A stretch of 64,000 nt of DNA, from positions 96,001 to 160,000 of the forward strand of contig OZ223519.1 of the NCBI GenBank assembly GCA_965140785.1. Direction: 5' to 3'. Origin of the DNA: an uncultured Ruficoccus sp. Its GTDB lineage: Bacteria > Verrucomicrobiota > Verrucomicrobiia > Opitutales > Cerasicoccaceae. Below are positions 40,235 through 49,773 of the stretch, piece by piece (position 1 is the stretch's first letter; every line of letters starts with the position of its first letter). The position numbers and the translations under genes were made by a program. The notes under the pieces were generated by a model that made no database searches, was not told where the DNA came from, and worked only from the letters and a program-made list of their open reading frames with translations.

Positions 40235-41755
40235 ATGAGCGAAATACTCGATCTTATCCGAAGCACTGGCTTCTTCCACCTGGACTGGCGCATGCTGGTC
40301 ATGTGGGGAGTGGTCGCGGTGCTGCTGTACTTGGCGGTACGGCACAACTTCGAACCGCTTCTGCTGGTGCCGATCGCCTTCGGCGCGCTGCTGGCCAACC
40401 TGCCGACCGAAGGCATGATCAACAAGCCCGCGGGCAAGCTGGTCTCGCCGGTCAACGGCACGGTCGTCGCCGTCAATGCCGATCTCCAGCGAAACGTGGT
40501 CATGCCACACGTGCCGATTGAGCGCGTCGGCCACCTGACCAAGTTCAAGGACGAAGACAGCCTGGTCAACCTCTTCGAAGAGGAGAACGCCATCCAGAAC
40601 CTGGACGAGCGCACCCTGCTGGCCGTCATCCGTCCCGAGCGCGGAAACGAGGAGCTGCTCCAGCAGCGCGTCGCCGTTCCCTTTAACGACAGCACGATTG
40701 AAGTCAGCCCCGAGGATTACCTGATCTGGGCCGACGCCTCCGGGAATGTCAGCCGACTCTTCGTCAAGGCCGGTCAGCCGGTTAACAAGGGCGAGCCGCT
40801 GATCGAGGTTTACAGCCCGCACACGGGCGGTCTTTACCACTACATCCAGATGGGGATCCTGCTGGAGCTGTTCCCGCCGTTGATCTTCCTCGGTGTGGGT
40901 GCGTTGACCGACTTTGGCCCGCTGATCGCCAACCCGCGCACGCTCCTGCTCGGAGCCGCTGCGCAGTTCGGGGTTTTCGCCACCTTTATCGGCGCCATCC
41001 TGCTCGGCTTCAGCAATCAGGCAGCCGGCGCCATCGGCATCATTGGCGGTGCCGACGGTCCGACCTCGATCTTCCTGGCCAATGCCCTCCTCGCTCCGGA
41101 CCTGCTGGCCCCCATCGCCGTGGCCGCCTACAGCTACATGGCGCTCGTGCCGGTCATCCAGCCGCCCATCATGAAGGCGCTGACGACCAAGAAGGAGCGC
41201 AAGATCCGCATGAAGTCGCTGCGGAAGGTTTCCAAGCTGGAGAAGCTGATTTTCGCCCTCATCGTGACGATTTTCTGCATCCTGCTGGTTCCGCCGGCCT
41301 CGCCGCTGATCGGTATGCTGCTGCTGGGTAACTTCCTGCGCGAATGTGGCGTAACCGAGCGTTTGTCCAAGGCCGCCCAGAACGAGCTGATCAACATCGT
41401 GACGATCTTCCTCGGCACCAGCGTGGGGATCACTATGACCGGTGAGCGCTTCATCCGGGCCGAGACCCTGATGATCCTCGGACTGGGTGTGATCGCCTTT
41501 GGCGTCGCCACCTCCGCCGGGGTGCTCATGGCCAAGCTCATGAACCTGTTCTCCAAGAACAAGATCAACCCGCTGATCGGTTCCGCTGGGGTCTCTGCCG
41601 TGCCGATGGCCGCCCGCGTCTCCCAGGTGGAGGGCGCCAAGGCCGACCCGAACAACTTCCTGCTCATGCACGCCATGGGCCCGAATGTGGCTGGGGTGAT
41701 CGGGACCGCGCTCGTCGCCGGTTACTTCATCAGCGTGCTGGCTGGCGCTCACTAA
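40235..41755 (+). CDS. mmdB: Na+-translocating decarboxylase beta subunit with a ~130-aa insertion
   Basis: FEPLLLVPIAFG, IIGGADGPT, AAYSYMAL and HAMGPNVAG. Confidence 0.9.
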   Translation: MSEILDLIRSTGFFHLDWRMLVMWGVVAVLLYLAVRHNFEPLLLVPIAFGALLANLPTEGMINKPAGKLVSPVNGTVVAVNADLQRNVVMPHVPIERVGHLTKFKDEDSLVNLFEEENAIQNLDERTLLAVIRPERGNEELLQQRVAVPFNDSTIEVSPEDYLIWADASGNVSRLFVKAGQPVNKGEPLIEVYSPHTGGLYHYIQMGILLELFPPLIFLGVGALTDFGPLIANPRTLLLGAAAQFGVFATFIGAILLGFSNQAAGAIGIIGGADGPTSIFLANALLAPDLLAPIAVAAYSYMALVPVIQPPIMKALTTKKERKIRMKSLRKVSKLEKLIFALIVTIFCILLVPPASPLIGMLLLGNFLRECGVTERLSKAAQNELINIVTIFLGTSVGITMTGERFIRAETLMILGLGVIAFGVATSAGVLMAKLMNLFSKNKINPLIGSAGVSAVPMAARVSQVEGAKADPNNFLLMHAMGPNVAGVIGTALVAGYFISVLAGAH

Positions 41756-41779
41756 GCCCGCGACAGGACTCTTCTTTTC

Positions 41780-41817
41780 AAAACCCGCTCAGCCGCACTG
41801 GTTGGGCGGGTTTTTTT
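41780..41817 (+). terminator. Rho-independent terminator
   Basis: AAAACCCGCTCAGCC...GGTTGGGCGGGTTTTTTT. Confidence 0.8.
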
Positions 41818-41865
41818 GTGGGCCGGATTCCGGCGGTGCCTGTTTGCCGGTAAGGAGAGGGGATT

Positions 41866-41932
41866 AACCACGGATGACACGGATATCACAGATACAGAGA
41901 AGGATACGTGCCTGCTCGTGAAAGCCGTGGTT
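41866..41932. repeat. Inverted 9-nt-periodic repeat element (CACGGAT type)
   Basis: AACCACGGATGACACGGATATCACAGAT...CGTGAAAGCCGTGGTT. Confidence 0.6.
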
Positions 41933-41998
41933 CAAGGCTGTTTGCGGATATATTTGGCTATAAATGGCACATGTTCTCAAACAAGCGCAACGTACCCT

Positions 41999-42129
41999 CG
42001 TTGTCATCCTGAGCAATCCCGATTGCGGGCGCGTCGAAGGATCTCCTCGTACGGCCTTCTGAGAGCGCCCATGGAAAATCCCGGCCGGGAGGATCCTTCG
42101 ACTCGCTGTGCTCGCTCAGGATGACAACG
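41999..42129. repeat. REPIN-like inverted pair of TGTC-tagged REPs
   Basis: CGTTGTCATCCTGAGC...GTCGAAGGATC / GATCCTTCGAC...GCTCAGGATGACAACG. Confidence 0.85.
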
Positions 42130-42294
42130 GACTTTTCCTCGCTACACTGAATACACAGCCCACGGCTCATCTTTTTAATAAAACGGTATTTATACCGCTC
42201 GGCCCAAGCCGCAGGGGTGACAACGCAGCCGGTGGCATCTTTTCAGGAAATGCCATCCCGATCCGTAGGATCGAGAGTCCTGGGCTTGCCCTGG

Positions 42295-42735
42295 CTAGTA
42301 CAGCAGGTAGGGGAGCACGAAGAGGGCGAAGAGGATGCCGAGGCAGACACCGGCCGCCACGGCGGCGCAGCCGAGCTTCTGGGCGGTGCTGAAGCTGCCC
42401 GCGCTGGAAGGTTCCGTCACCGGGGGCATGAAGTCCGTCAGGCCGCTTGAAGCGCCGCCTGGGGCCGCCGCTTGGGGCGGGGCATGCTGGAGTCGCCGGT
42501 TGGCCGCCTCAAAGTCCTGACCGGGATCGCCGTAAGCCGACGGCGTGCCGACGGAGGGCGGGGGAGTGCCGGCAGGTGCGGGTCGGGTCTCAGTCGAGGT
42601 CGCAGCCTCAGGTGGGCTGGCGGCCCCGGCGGGCTGATCCGAACCCTCGGATTCGGCCAGCATGCGGTTCACCCATTGTAACTGCTGTTCGAGGGTGGCC
42701 TTTTGCTTGAGCAGGTCTTCGCGGGAAATTTCCAT
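42295..42735 (-). CDS. Hypothetical protein with C-terminal TM helix
   Basis: N-terminal coiled coil, disordered linker and terminal hydrophobic helix. Confidence 0.6.
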   Translation of the reverse strand: MEISREDLLKQKATLEQQLQWVNRMLAESEGSDQPAGAASPPEAATSTETRPAPAGTPPPSVGTPSAYGDPGQDFEAANRRLQHAPPQAAAPGGASSGLTDFMPPVTEPSSAGSFSTAQKLGCAAVAAGVCLGILFALFVLPYLLY

Positions 42736-42786
42736 GCGGCAACGGAACTGGCCCCTAGCCTAGGGCAGATGCCGCTCCCGGCAAAG

Positions 42787-42812
42787 CAAAAAGCCCGGGA
42801 GACCCGGGCTTT
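42787..42812 (-). terminator. Terminator after rpmA
   Basis: AAAAAGCCCGGG-aga-CCCGGGCTTT. Confidence 0.75.
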
Positions 42813-42836
42813 GACAAATCCTTTATAGAAGGGAGC

Positions 42837-43097
42837 TTAGTTGCTGGCGGCGACTTGCTCGACGACGGAGACCTTGCGGTGGGCTCGGTCCCATTCGACG
42901 ACGCCGTCCTTGAGCGCGAAGAGCGTGAAGTCGCGTCCCAGGCCGACATTGGCGCCGGGGTGCATCTTCGTGCCGCGCTGGCGCATGAGGATATTACCGG
43001 CGATCACTCGCTCGCCGCTGTACTTCTTGACTCCCAGCATCTTGGGCTTGCTGTCGCGCCCGTTCTTGGAAGTTCCCTGGCCTTTTTTGTGTGCCAT
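42837..43097 (-). CDS. rpmA: 50S ribosomal protein L27
   Basis: [16 protein letters not shown]...RQRGT. Confidence 0.97.
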   Translation of the reverse strand: MAHKKGQGTSKNGRDSKPKMLGVKKYSGERVIAGNILMRQRGTKMHPGANVGLGRDFTLFALKDGVVEWDRAHRKVSVVEQVAASN

Positions 43098-43112
43098 GAC
43101 AAATATTCTCCT

Positions 43113-43427
43113 TTAACCCTTAATGGATTCGATTTTAATGACGGAAAGTTCCTGGCGATGACCGCGGCGACGTTCGTAGCCGTGGCGACGCTTTTTCTTA
43201 AAGATGCGGACCTTTTCGCCGCGCTTGTTTTCCAGCACCGTAGCGGTGACGCTGGCGCCTTCGACGGTAGGGGTACCGATGCTGGCGTCTTTGCCCTCGC
43301 CCAGAGTGAGGACGCTGTCGATCGTCACGGTGTCGCCGGAATTGGTGTCAGGATAGCGGTTTACGATGAGGATGTCTCCTTCGGATACGGTAAACTGACG
43401 CCCCTGGGTTTTGATAATCGCTTTCAT
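43113..43427 (-). CDS. rplU: 50S ribosomal protein L21
   Basis: [10 protein letters not shown]...GHRQ; lies upstream of rpmA. Confidence 0.96.
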   Translation of the reverse strand: MKAIIKTQGRQFTVSEGDILIVNRYPDTNSGDTVTIDSVLTLGEGKDASIGTPTVEGASVTATVLENKRGEKVRIFKKKRRHGYERRRGHRQELSVIKIESIKG

Positions 43428-43535
43428 GGGAAAAGGGAGGAGGAAAGCGTGTTTTGAGCTAAACTCAAGCCCTTTTTTGAAAAAGTGTACAGGCTTGCCT
43501 AATTCGTGGGTATTTTCCTAAAATGGCCGGATTTT

Positions 43536-44957
43536 ATGGATGGGGTATTTAGCCGCACTCTGGCAAAGTCTGTCAGGATTCTAGTTCTGCTGTTTCTACT
43601 TCCATTATGGGTGGAGGCCGCAGATGAGCATGTCTGGGAGGTCTGGACAAACAAAGACGGGGAGCAAATCACCGCAGAACTCGTCAAGCAGGACGGCAAC
43701 TCCGTCGAACTCCTGCGCAAGCGGGACTTGGGGCGCTATACTCTCAAATTTGACGAACTGCGTAAGGAAGATCAGGAGTACCTGAAAAAGCGTTGGGCGG
43801 CCCTGGAGAAGCGCCGCGAGGGCACCGCCGCGTTGCTGGAGAAATTCCCTTCGCCCCTGACCCGTGATATTTATCGCCGGGAGGCGAACACCTTCAGCTT
43901 CTCGGCCCCGAAAAAGGGCACCCCGCCGCACAAGACCCTGGCCGTGACTGACGACGGTTTTTACGAGCGCTATGCGCGGAATTTCCGTTTCGTCACCGTT
44001 GATACCTTTGACAGCCAGCTGGACAATATCGCCAGTCGTGTTCCCAAGGACCTCAAGCGCCAGCAGGAGAAATCCGGCGGCAGCACCCAGATGGCCCTGC
44101 AGGCGCAGTTGAACGTCGAATGGCTGAAAAAAAATCTCAAGCCCTACCTGGCGGAGTGGCGGAAGCTTCAGAAGGAAACTGAGCTGCCGAAGAAACCCGC
44201 GCCACCTCCCCAAAAGAAGCCCGCCCCCAAGCCGAAACCGAAGCCGGTAAAAGACTCCAAGCCCGAGCCCAAGCCCGCCGCGGCCCCGCCTGCCAAACAG
44301 GCCCCCGATGGCAAGGACAAGGCTCAGGAAAAGCAGGAGCCCACCAAAGCCTCCCCGAAGCAGGAAGAGAAGAAGGAAACTCCGCCTGCGAAAAAGCCAG
44401 CGGAGAAATCCAGCGGCGCCAAGGAGCCTGCCAAATCGGAAAAGGCTGCTGCTCCGGAAAAATCCGCCGACCCGAAAAAGCCCGAGCCAGCCAAAGAGAA
44501 GGCCAATGCCCAGAAGCCGGCTGCGGACAAGAAACCCGCAGAGACCCAGCCGAAGGAAGACGCTACATCGAAAGTAACCGCCAAATCGAACGAGGAAGCG
44601 AAGAAAACGGACGCGAAAACGGACGCGAAAAAGGCCGAGGAAAGCAAGAAGGCTGAGGCGACGAAGACGCAGGAGGACGCCAAGCCCCGCAATGATGCCG
44701 AGAAAAGCACGGACGCAAAAACGTCCGGGCAGCCTGCGCAGGATAAAGCCTCTGACCAGAAGAAGGAGGCCCAGAAGTCTTCCTCCGAGCAAAAGGAAAA
44801 GGATAAAGCCGACTCCGATAAAAAAGAACAAAAGGCTTCGGACGCGGATAAGCCGAAAACCGAGGAAAAGACCAAGGCTGAGGATAAAAGCCAGGATAAG
44901 AAGGGCGACTCCGCCTCGGATCAAAAGGAATCGGCGGAGAAGAAGGAAGGGGCTTGA
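43536..44957 (+). CDS. Secreted SHD1-domain protein with long K/E/A/P-rich tail
   Basis: WTNKDGEQITAELV...LRKEDQEYL; start uncertain. Confidence 0.7.
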   Translation: MDGVFSRTLAKSVRILVLLFLLPLWVEAADEHVWEVWTNKDGEQITAELVKQDGNSVELLRKRDLGRYTLKFDELRKEDQEYLKKRWAALEKRREGTAALLEKFPSPLTRDIYRREANTFSFSAPKKGTPPHKTLAVTDDGFYERYARNFRFVTVDTFDSQLDNIASRVPKDLKRQQEKSGGSTQMALQAQLNVEWLKKNLKPYLAEWRKLQKETELPKKPAPPPQKKPAPKPKPKPVKDSKPEPKPAAAPPAKQAPDGKDKAQEKQEPTKASPKQEEKKETPPAKKPAEKSSGAKEPAKSEKAAAPEKSADPKKPEPAKEKANAQKPAADKKPAETQPKEDATSKVTAKSNEEAKKTDAKTDAKKAEESKKAEATKTQEDAKPRNDAEKSTDAKTSGQPAQDKASDQKKEAQKSSSEQKEKDKADSDKKEQKASDADKPKTEEKTKAEDKSQDKKGDSASDQKESAEKKEGA

Positions 44958-44989
44958 CCGCTTCCCCGGCGCAGGCACAGCTTGGCGAC

Positions 44990-45745
44990 ATGGATTCCGA
45001 TACGGCCAAAAAGTTTTTTCGCCAACCGGCGGTGGTGGACCACTATGCCCAGGCCGCCAACCGCGTCGGCCTGTGGCACTCCGAGGAGAAAATTTTTACC
45101 CGCCTCTTTAACTGGGACGACTCGCTGCTGGAGCTGGGTTGCGGCGCGGGCCGCATCGCCATCGGCCTGTGGGAGATCGGCTATCGCCGCATCACGGCCA
45201 TCGACTACTCCCGCGAGATGGTCACCGAGGCCCGCCGCATCAACCAGATGTTCGAATACGGCGTTTTCTTCCACCACGGCGACGCCACCGCGCTCAAGTA
45301 CGAGGACGAGACCTACGAGGGCGCGATCTTCGGCTTCAACGGCCTGATGCAGATCCCCGGCCGGGAGAACCGTCGCCGGGCTATGCGGGAAATTTACCGG
45401 GTGCTTGTGCCGGGCTCATGGTTCGTTTTTACCACGCACGATCGCGACTCCCACTGGCGCAAGTCCTTCTGGCGCGAACAGAAAAAGCTCTGGGAGCAGG
45501 GGCGTCAGCACCCGGACCTTAAGGAGTTCGGCGACCTTTTCGGCGAAGCCCCCGAGGGCGGCATGATGTTCATCCACACGCCCTCCTGCGAGGAGGTGCG
45601 CGAGGATCTCAAGAGCGCGGGCTTTCGCATCGAGGCGGACACCCTGCGCCACCAGCTCGCCAACGAGCCGCCCGTGGTGCGCGACTTCGCCGACGAGTGC
45701 CGCTTCTGGGTCGCCCAAAAACCCGAGCATAGCCCTGGACCCTAG
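44990..45745 (+). CDS. Class I SAM-dependent methyltransferase
   Basis: LLELGCGAGR, IDYS, GDAT and RVLVPG. Confidence 0.88.
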   Translation: MDSDTAKKFFRQPAVVDHYAQAANRVGLWHSEEKIFTRLFNWDDSLLELGCGAGRIAIGLWEIGYRRITAIDYSREMVTEARRINQMFEYGVFFHHGDATALKYEDETYEGAIFGFNGLMQIPGRENRRRAMREIYRVLVPGSWFVFTTHDRDSHWRKSFWREQKKLWEQGRQHPDLKEFGDLFGEAPEGGMMFIHTPSCEEVREDLKSAGFRIEADTLRHQLANEPPVVRDFADECRFWVAQKPEHSPGP

Positions 45746-45946
45746 ATGCTTCGCATCTGGATGGCATTTCTTGGAGAAATGCCATGGCGCATTTTTTACA
45801 CCATTAGGGTGCAAGCTCAGTTTTGATGCTTGGCTCTGCGATTACCGAAACCAGCTTTTGCTGGTTTCGGTAATCGCAGACACGATGCGCAGCATCGGAA
45901 GTGCAGCCTTTGGCTGCTGCGGGGTTTGGGGGCGCAGAGCCCCCAA
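45744..45946 (+). repeat. Structured intergenic repeat (family A), copy 2, with extra upstream hairpins
   Basis: AGATGCTTCGCATCT and ATGGCATTTCT-tgg-AGAAATGCCAT, then the family A core with a 21-bp stem at 45835-45880. Confidence 0.8.
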
Positions 45947-45952
45947 AATAAG

Positions 45953-46810
45953 CTATGCCTCGGGCAATTCCTGCGCGAGGACGGCCTCGTCCATTTCGTA
46001 GCGACCGACGTGGGTGGCGGGGCCGACCATGTTGATGGAGAAGTCCTCGCCGATGCGGATGCCGATATCGCCGCCGGGGCAGTGTACGGTGATGTCGCGG
46101 TCACAGGCGCCCATCTTGTGGGCGACGGCGGCGGCGGCGCTACTGCTGGAGCCGGAGGCGAGGGTGTAGCCCGCGCCGCGCTCCCAGATCTCGATCTTGA
46201 TGTTGTTGCGGTCGAGCACCTGGAGGAGCTGGACGTTGGTGCGGTTGGGGAAGCGGCTGGTCATGGTTTCCAGCACGGGGCCCAGTTCGCAGGCCAGCTC
46301 CTTCGTCACCTGGTCCATGGGGAGGACGACGTGCGGATTGCCGATGGTGGCGGCGTAGGTGGACCAGCTTTTGCCCTTGATCTCGACGGGCTCGTCGAGC
46401 ACTTCGCGGGGCTCGCCGGCGACGGGGATTTTCTCGCTGTGAAAGCTGACCTGCCCCATCTCGACCTCAATCGTGTCGCCGCCGTCACGGACCTGGCAGG
46501 TGACGATCCCGCCGAGCGTTTTTACGGTAAACGGCGTGCCGGCGACCCGCCCGGTATCGAAGAGATAGCGTGAAAAAATGCGCAGCCCGTTACCGCTCTT
46601 TTCGGCCTCGCTGCCGTCGGGATTGAGAATGCGCAGCCCGAAGTCCGCCTCGTCCGTCTGCTCGGGGCCGTAGAGGATGCCGTCCGAGCCGAGCCCGAAA
46701 TTGCGGTGGCAGATTTTGACGGTGTCTTCGGCGCAGGGGCACTCGGCGCTATCCTGCGGATCGAGCACCAGATAGTCGTTACCGAGGGCGTGGTATTTAG
46801 AGAAAATCAT
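45953..46810 (-). CDS. dapF: Diaminopimelate epimerase
   Basis: KYHALGNDY, NPDGSEAEKSGNG, GNPH and WERGAGYTLASGS; Ser stands at both usual catalytic Cys positions. Confidence 0.85.
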   Translation of the reverse strand: MIFSKYHALGNDYLVLDPQDSAECPCAEDTVKICHRNFGLGSDGILYGPEQTDEADFGLRILNPDGSEAEKSGNGLRIFSRYLFDTGRVAGTPFTVKTLGGIVTCQVRDGGDTIEVEMGQVSFHSEKIPVAGEPREVLDEPVEIKGKSWSTYAATIGNPHVVLPMDQVTKELACELGPVLETMTSRFPNRTNVQLLQVLDRNNIKIEIWERGAGYTLASGSSSSAAAAVAHKMGACDRDITVHCPGGDIGIRIGEDFSINMVGPATHVGRYEMDEAVLAQELPEA

Positions 46811-46974
46811 AACGGCCATTTAAGCCGCCCGGGGCCGCCCCCATCAAGCCCAATTGCGAGCCGGGCCGGTTATCGGGCCATTTATTGATAGCTCCGTATC
46901 ATTTATAGCTAATCGCGGGCACCGGGGAGCTTACGGGTTGAATTTCTCCGGGAGGCGGTCACCTTGGGGGGAGC

Positions 46975-49125
46975 ATGGCTGATTCCCCTGAAAATGCTTC
47001 CCTGTGCGGCCTGTGGGTCGATCCCGAGGGTGATATCCACCTGGCCGAGGCGGTTGCGGACGAGCCCCGGTGCGTCCGGCGTGTGCCCTTTCGACCCTTT
47101 ATGTGGACGCGGGGCGGGGCGGGGGAAGCGCTCAAGGGCGCGGGCAGCTTTGATCGGCTCCAGCGCTTCGACGAGCTGGAGGTTTACCTGGAGGCACTCA
47201 AGGAAACCCCGCGCGAGGACGTGGTGGCGATCAAGCCCTTCGAGCAGCAGTACCTGCTCGACACGCGCGCGCGGCTCTTCGGTGGGCTGCATTTCGATCA
47301 CGTGCGCCGCTGCCAGCTCGACATCGAGACGGCCTGCTCTGTGCCGGACGGCTTTCCCAGCCCCCGCCGCAAGGAGGACCGCGTGCTCGCCATCGGTCTG
47401 CGCATGAACGGCGCGGACCGCTTCCTGCAACTGGAGGAAATGACCGACAAGGCCGAGCGCGAGCTGCTCAAGTCGCTCAACACCGCCCTGGCCGAGCTCG
47501 ACCCCGACGTGATCGAGGGGCACAACATTTTCAAGTTCGACCTGGAGTACCTGCGGCGGCGCTGCCAGCGCTTCAAGGTGCCGTGCGCGTGGGGGCGCTT
47601 CGGGCAGGAGGCCGCGTGGCGCAACAGCCGCCTGCGCATCGCCGAGCGATGGATCGATTTTCCGCGCTGCGACCTGCCGGGGCGCACGGTCTTCGACACG
47701 TACCTGATGATTCAGATTTACGACGTGACCACGCGGGACCTGGCCTCGTACTCGCTCAAGGAGGTAGCCGTCCACCTGGGCATTTCCGATCCCCAGACGC
47801 GCACCTACCTGAAGGCCCGCGAGATCCAGGAGGCGTTTGCCGAAGACCGCGAAACCTTCCTCGGCTACCTGGGGGACGACCTGCGCGAGACTGCGGGCAT
47901 CGCCGCTCTGCTGCTGCCGACCTACGTGGCGCAGATCAAGAGCTTTCCCATGACCCTGCAGGAGGCCTGCCTGCGCGGCTCCGGCGGCAAGGTGGACCTG
48001 CTCTTTCTGGAAAAGTATTACCACGCCGGACAGGCCCTGCCCGAACCGCCGCCGGTGGAACGCTTCGAGGGGGCGTACTCACGCAGCTTCGTCACCGGGG
48101 TGCACCAGCACGTGCTGCACTTCGACGTGGCCTCACTCTACCCGAGCCTGCTCCTGCACATCGGGCGCAATCCCGCGGGCGACACCTTGGGTATTTTTAT
48201 CCCCATGCTGAAAACCCTGCGCGAGGAACGCCTGCGCTACAAGGCGCTTGCCCGCGAGGCCGACAGCGACGGCCTGCGCCGCGAGTACCAGGCCCGGCAG
48301 GCCAGCTATAAAATTCTCATCAACTCCTTTTACGGCTACCTGGGCTTTGGCGGGGCGCGCTTTGCCGACAGCGAACTGGCCGCCGAGGTCACCCGGCGCG
48401 GGCGCGAGCTGCTGGTCAAGCTGATCGAAGCGTTCGAACAGGAGGGCTGCACGGTGCTCGAGGCCGACACCGACGGCATCTACGTCAGCTCGGAAAAGGA
48501 CTTCGCCAACCCCGAGGGTCTGCTGGCCCGCGTGGCGGGGGACCTGCCGGTCGGTATCGATCTGGAGTACGACGGTAGCTACCCGGCCATGCTCTGCTAC
48601 AAGGCCAAGAACTACGCCCTCTACGACGGCGAAGCACTGCGCATCCGCGGCTCGGCTCTGCGCTCGCGGGGGATCGAGCCTTACCTCAAAACCCTCACCG
48701 ACCAGCTCATTCGCTACCTGCTCGGCATGGACCCGCAGCCGCCGCAGGAGCTGATCGAGACGTATCGAAAATCCATTACATCTGGCGAAATGCCGGTCGC
48801 CCAACTGGCCAAGCGCGAGTACCTCTCGATGAATCCCGAGGCGTACCAGAAGAGCGTCGAGACCTCAAAGAAGCCCCGCCGCGCCTCGCTGGAGGTAGCC
48901 CTGAAAATGGACCGGCAGCCGCGCATGGGCGAGCAGGTGGCCTACTTCCTCACCTACGGGGAGAAGAAACGCACGCCCGACTGGCAGGTGGCGCGTCCTT
49001 TGGAGGACTTCGATCCCAAGGACTGCCCCTACAACGCCGATGCTTATCTCAAGAAGCTCGACGATTGGGAGAAGCGTTACGCGGAGTTCTTGCCGAGCGC
49101 GTCCGAGCAGACGGAACTGCTTTAG
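46975..49125 (+). CDS. Family B DNA polymerase with 3'-5' exonuclease
   Basis: DIET, GHNIFKFD, DVASLYPS, KILINSFYG and ADTDG. Confidence 0.92.
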   Translation: MADSPENASLCGLWVDPEGDIHLAEAVADEPRCVRRVPFRPFMWTRGGAGEALKGAGSFDRLQRFDELEVYLEALKETPREDVVAIKPFEQQYLLDTRARLFGGLHFDHVRRCQLDIETACSVPDGFPSPRRKEDRVLAIGLRMNGADRFLQLEEMTDKAERELLKSLNTALAELDPDVIEGHNIFKFDLEYLRRRCQRFKVPCAWGRFGQEAAWRNSRLRIAERWIDFPRCDLPGRTVFDTYLMIQIYDVTTRDLASYSLKEVAVHLGISDPQTRTYLKAREIQEAFAEDRETFLGYLGDDLRETAGIAALLLPTYVAQIKSFPMTLQEACLRGSGGKVDLLFLEKYYHAGQALPEPPPVERFEGAYSRSFVTGVHQHVLHFDVASLYPSLLLHIGRNPAGDTLGIFIPMLKTLREERLRYKALAREADSDGLRREYQARQASYKILINSFYGYLGFGGARFADSELAAEVTRRGRELLVKLIEAFEQEGCTVLEADTDGIYVSSEKDFANPEGLLARVAGDLPVGIDLEYDGSYPAMLCYKAKNYALYDGEALRIRGSALRSRGIEPYLKTLTDQLIRYLLGMDPQPPQELIETYRKSITSGEMPVAQLAKREYLSMNPEAYQKSVETSKKPRRASLEVALKMDRQPRMGEQVAYFLTYGEKKRTPDWQVARPLEDFDPKDCPYNADAYLKKLDDWEKRYAEFLPSASEQTELL

Positions 49126-49127
49126 GT

Positions 49128-49241
49128 AAGTTTGAAGGTTTGAGAGTTTGAGTGTTGGGGAAATGGGCAAGGCTTCCATTGATCGGCGAGTCTGCGTAAC
49201 TCTCCAACTTTCAAACTCGAAACTATCAAACTCTTAAACTT
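49128..49241. repeat. Inverted 8-nt-periodic repeat element (GTTTGAnn)
   Basis: GTTTGAAG GTTTGAGA GTTTGAGT ... TCAAACT/GAAACT/CAAACT/TAAACT, between convergent genes. Confidence 0.7.
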
Positions 49242-49773
49242 ACGCCGATCCGCTTGAGCGGCGGCGCTTGACCCACTCGATGATGGCGGGGTCGTTGTCC
49301 TCGTGTTCGGCCACGATGCGCAAGAACTCGGCCGGGTGGATATCGTGCTCGCGGAGAAAGGCGCGGTCGCCGCCGCAGCCGTACATGGTGTCATCGTCGA
49401 GCTTGCCGTGGAGTTTGGCCTTGGCCTTCTCAATGATGCGCGGCAGCCAGCGAATGCCGTCCACCTCGGCGTCCTTGGCGGTGTAGTTTTCATTCGGGAC
49501 CGGCTCATCGCTTTCCTTGCCGTGGAGTTTTTCCAGGAAGTAATTGCGGCGCACGTCGGCGATCATCGCGAAGGTAGCGAAGTCCGGCTCGCCCGAGTTG
49601 ACGTAATCCTCGGCGAAGTCGTAAATCTCCTGCGGCTTGATGCCGTTGGCCCGCAGCCACATCTCCTCTTCGGTCTCGAAGTAGGTCTTGGCGTTGCGCT
49701 GGCCGTCTTCGTATTGCTTGACCGCCTTTTCCCACAGGCGTTGCAGGTGTTTTTGATAGTCGTAGTGTTTCAT
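49240..49773 (-). CDS. DUF5069-like protein
   Basis: GIRWLPRIIEKAKAKLHG...YGCGGDRAFL. Confidence 0.7.
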   Translation of the reverse strand: MKHYDYQKHLQRLWEKAVKQYEDGQRNAKTYFETEEEMWLRANGIKPQEIYDFAEDYVNSGEPDFATFAMIADVRRNYFLEKLHGKESDEPVPNENYTAKDAEVDGIRWLPRIIEKAKAKLHGKLDDDTMYGCGGDRAFLREHDIHPAEFLRIVAEHEDNDPAIIEWVKRRRSSGSA

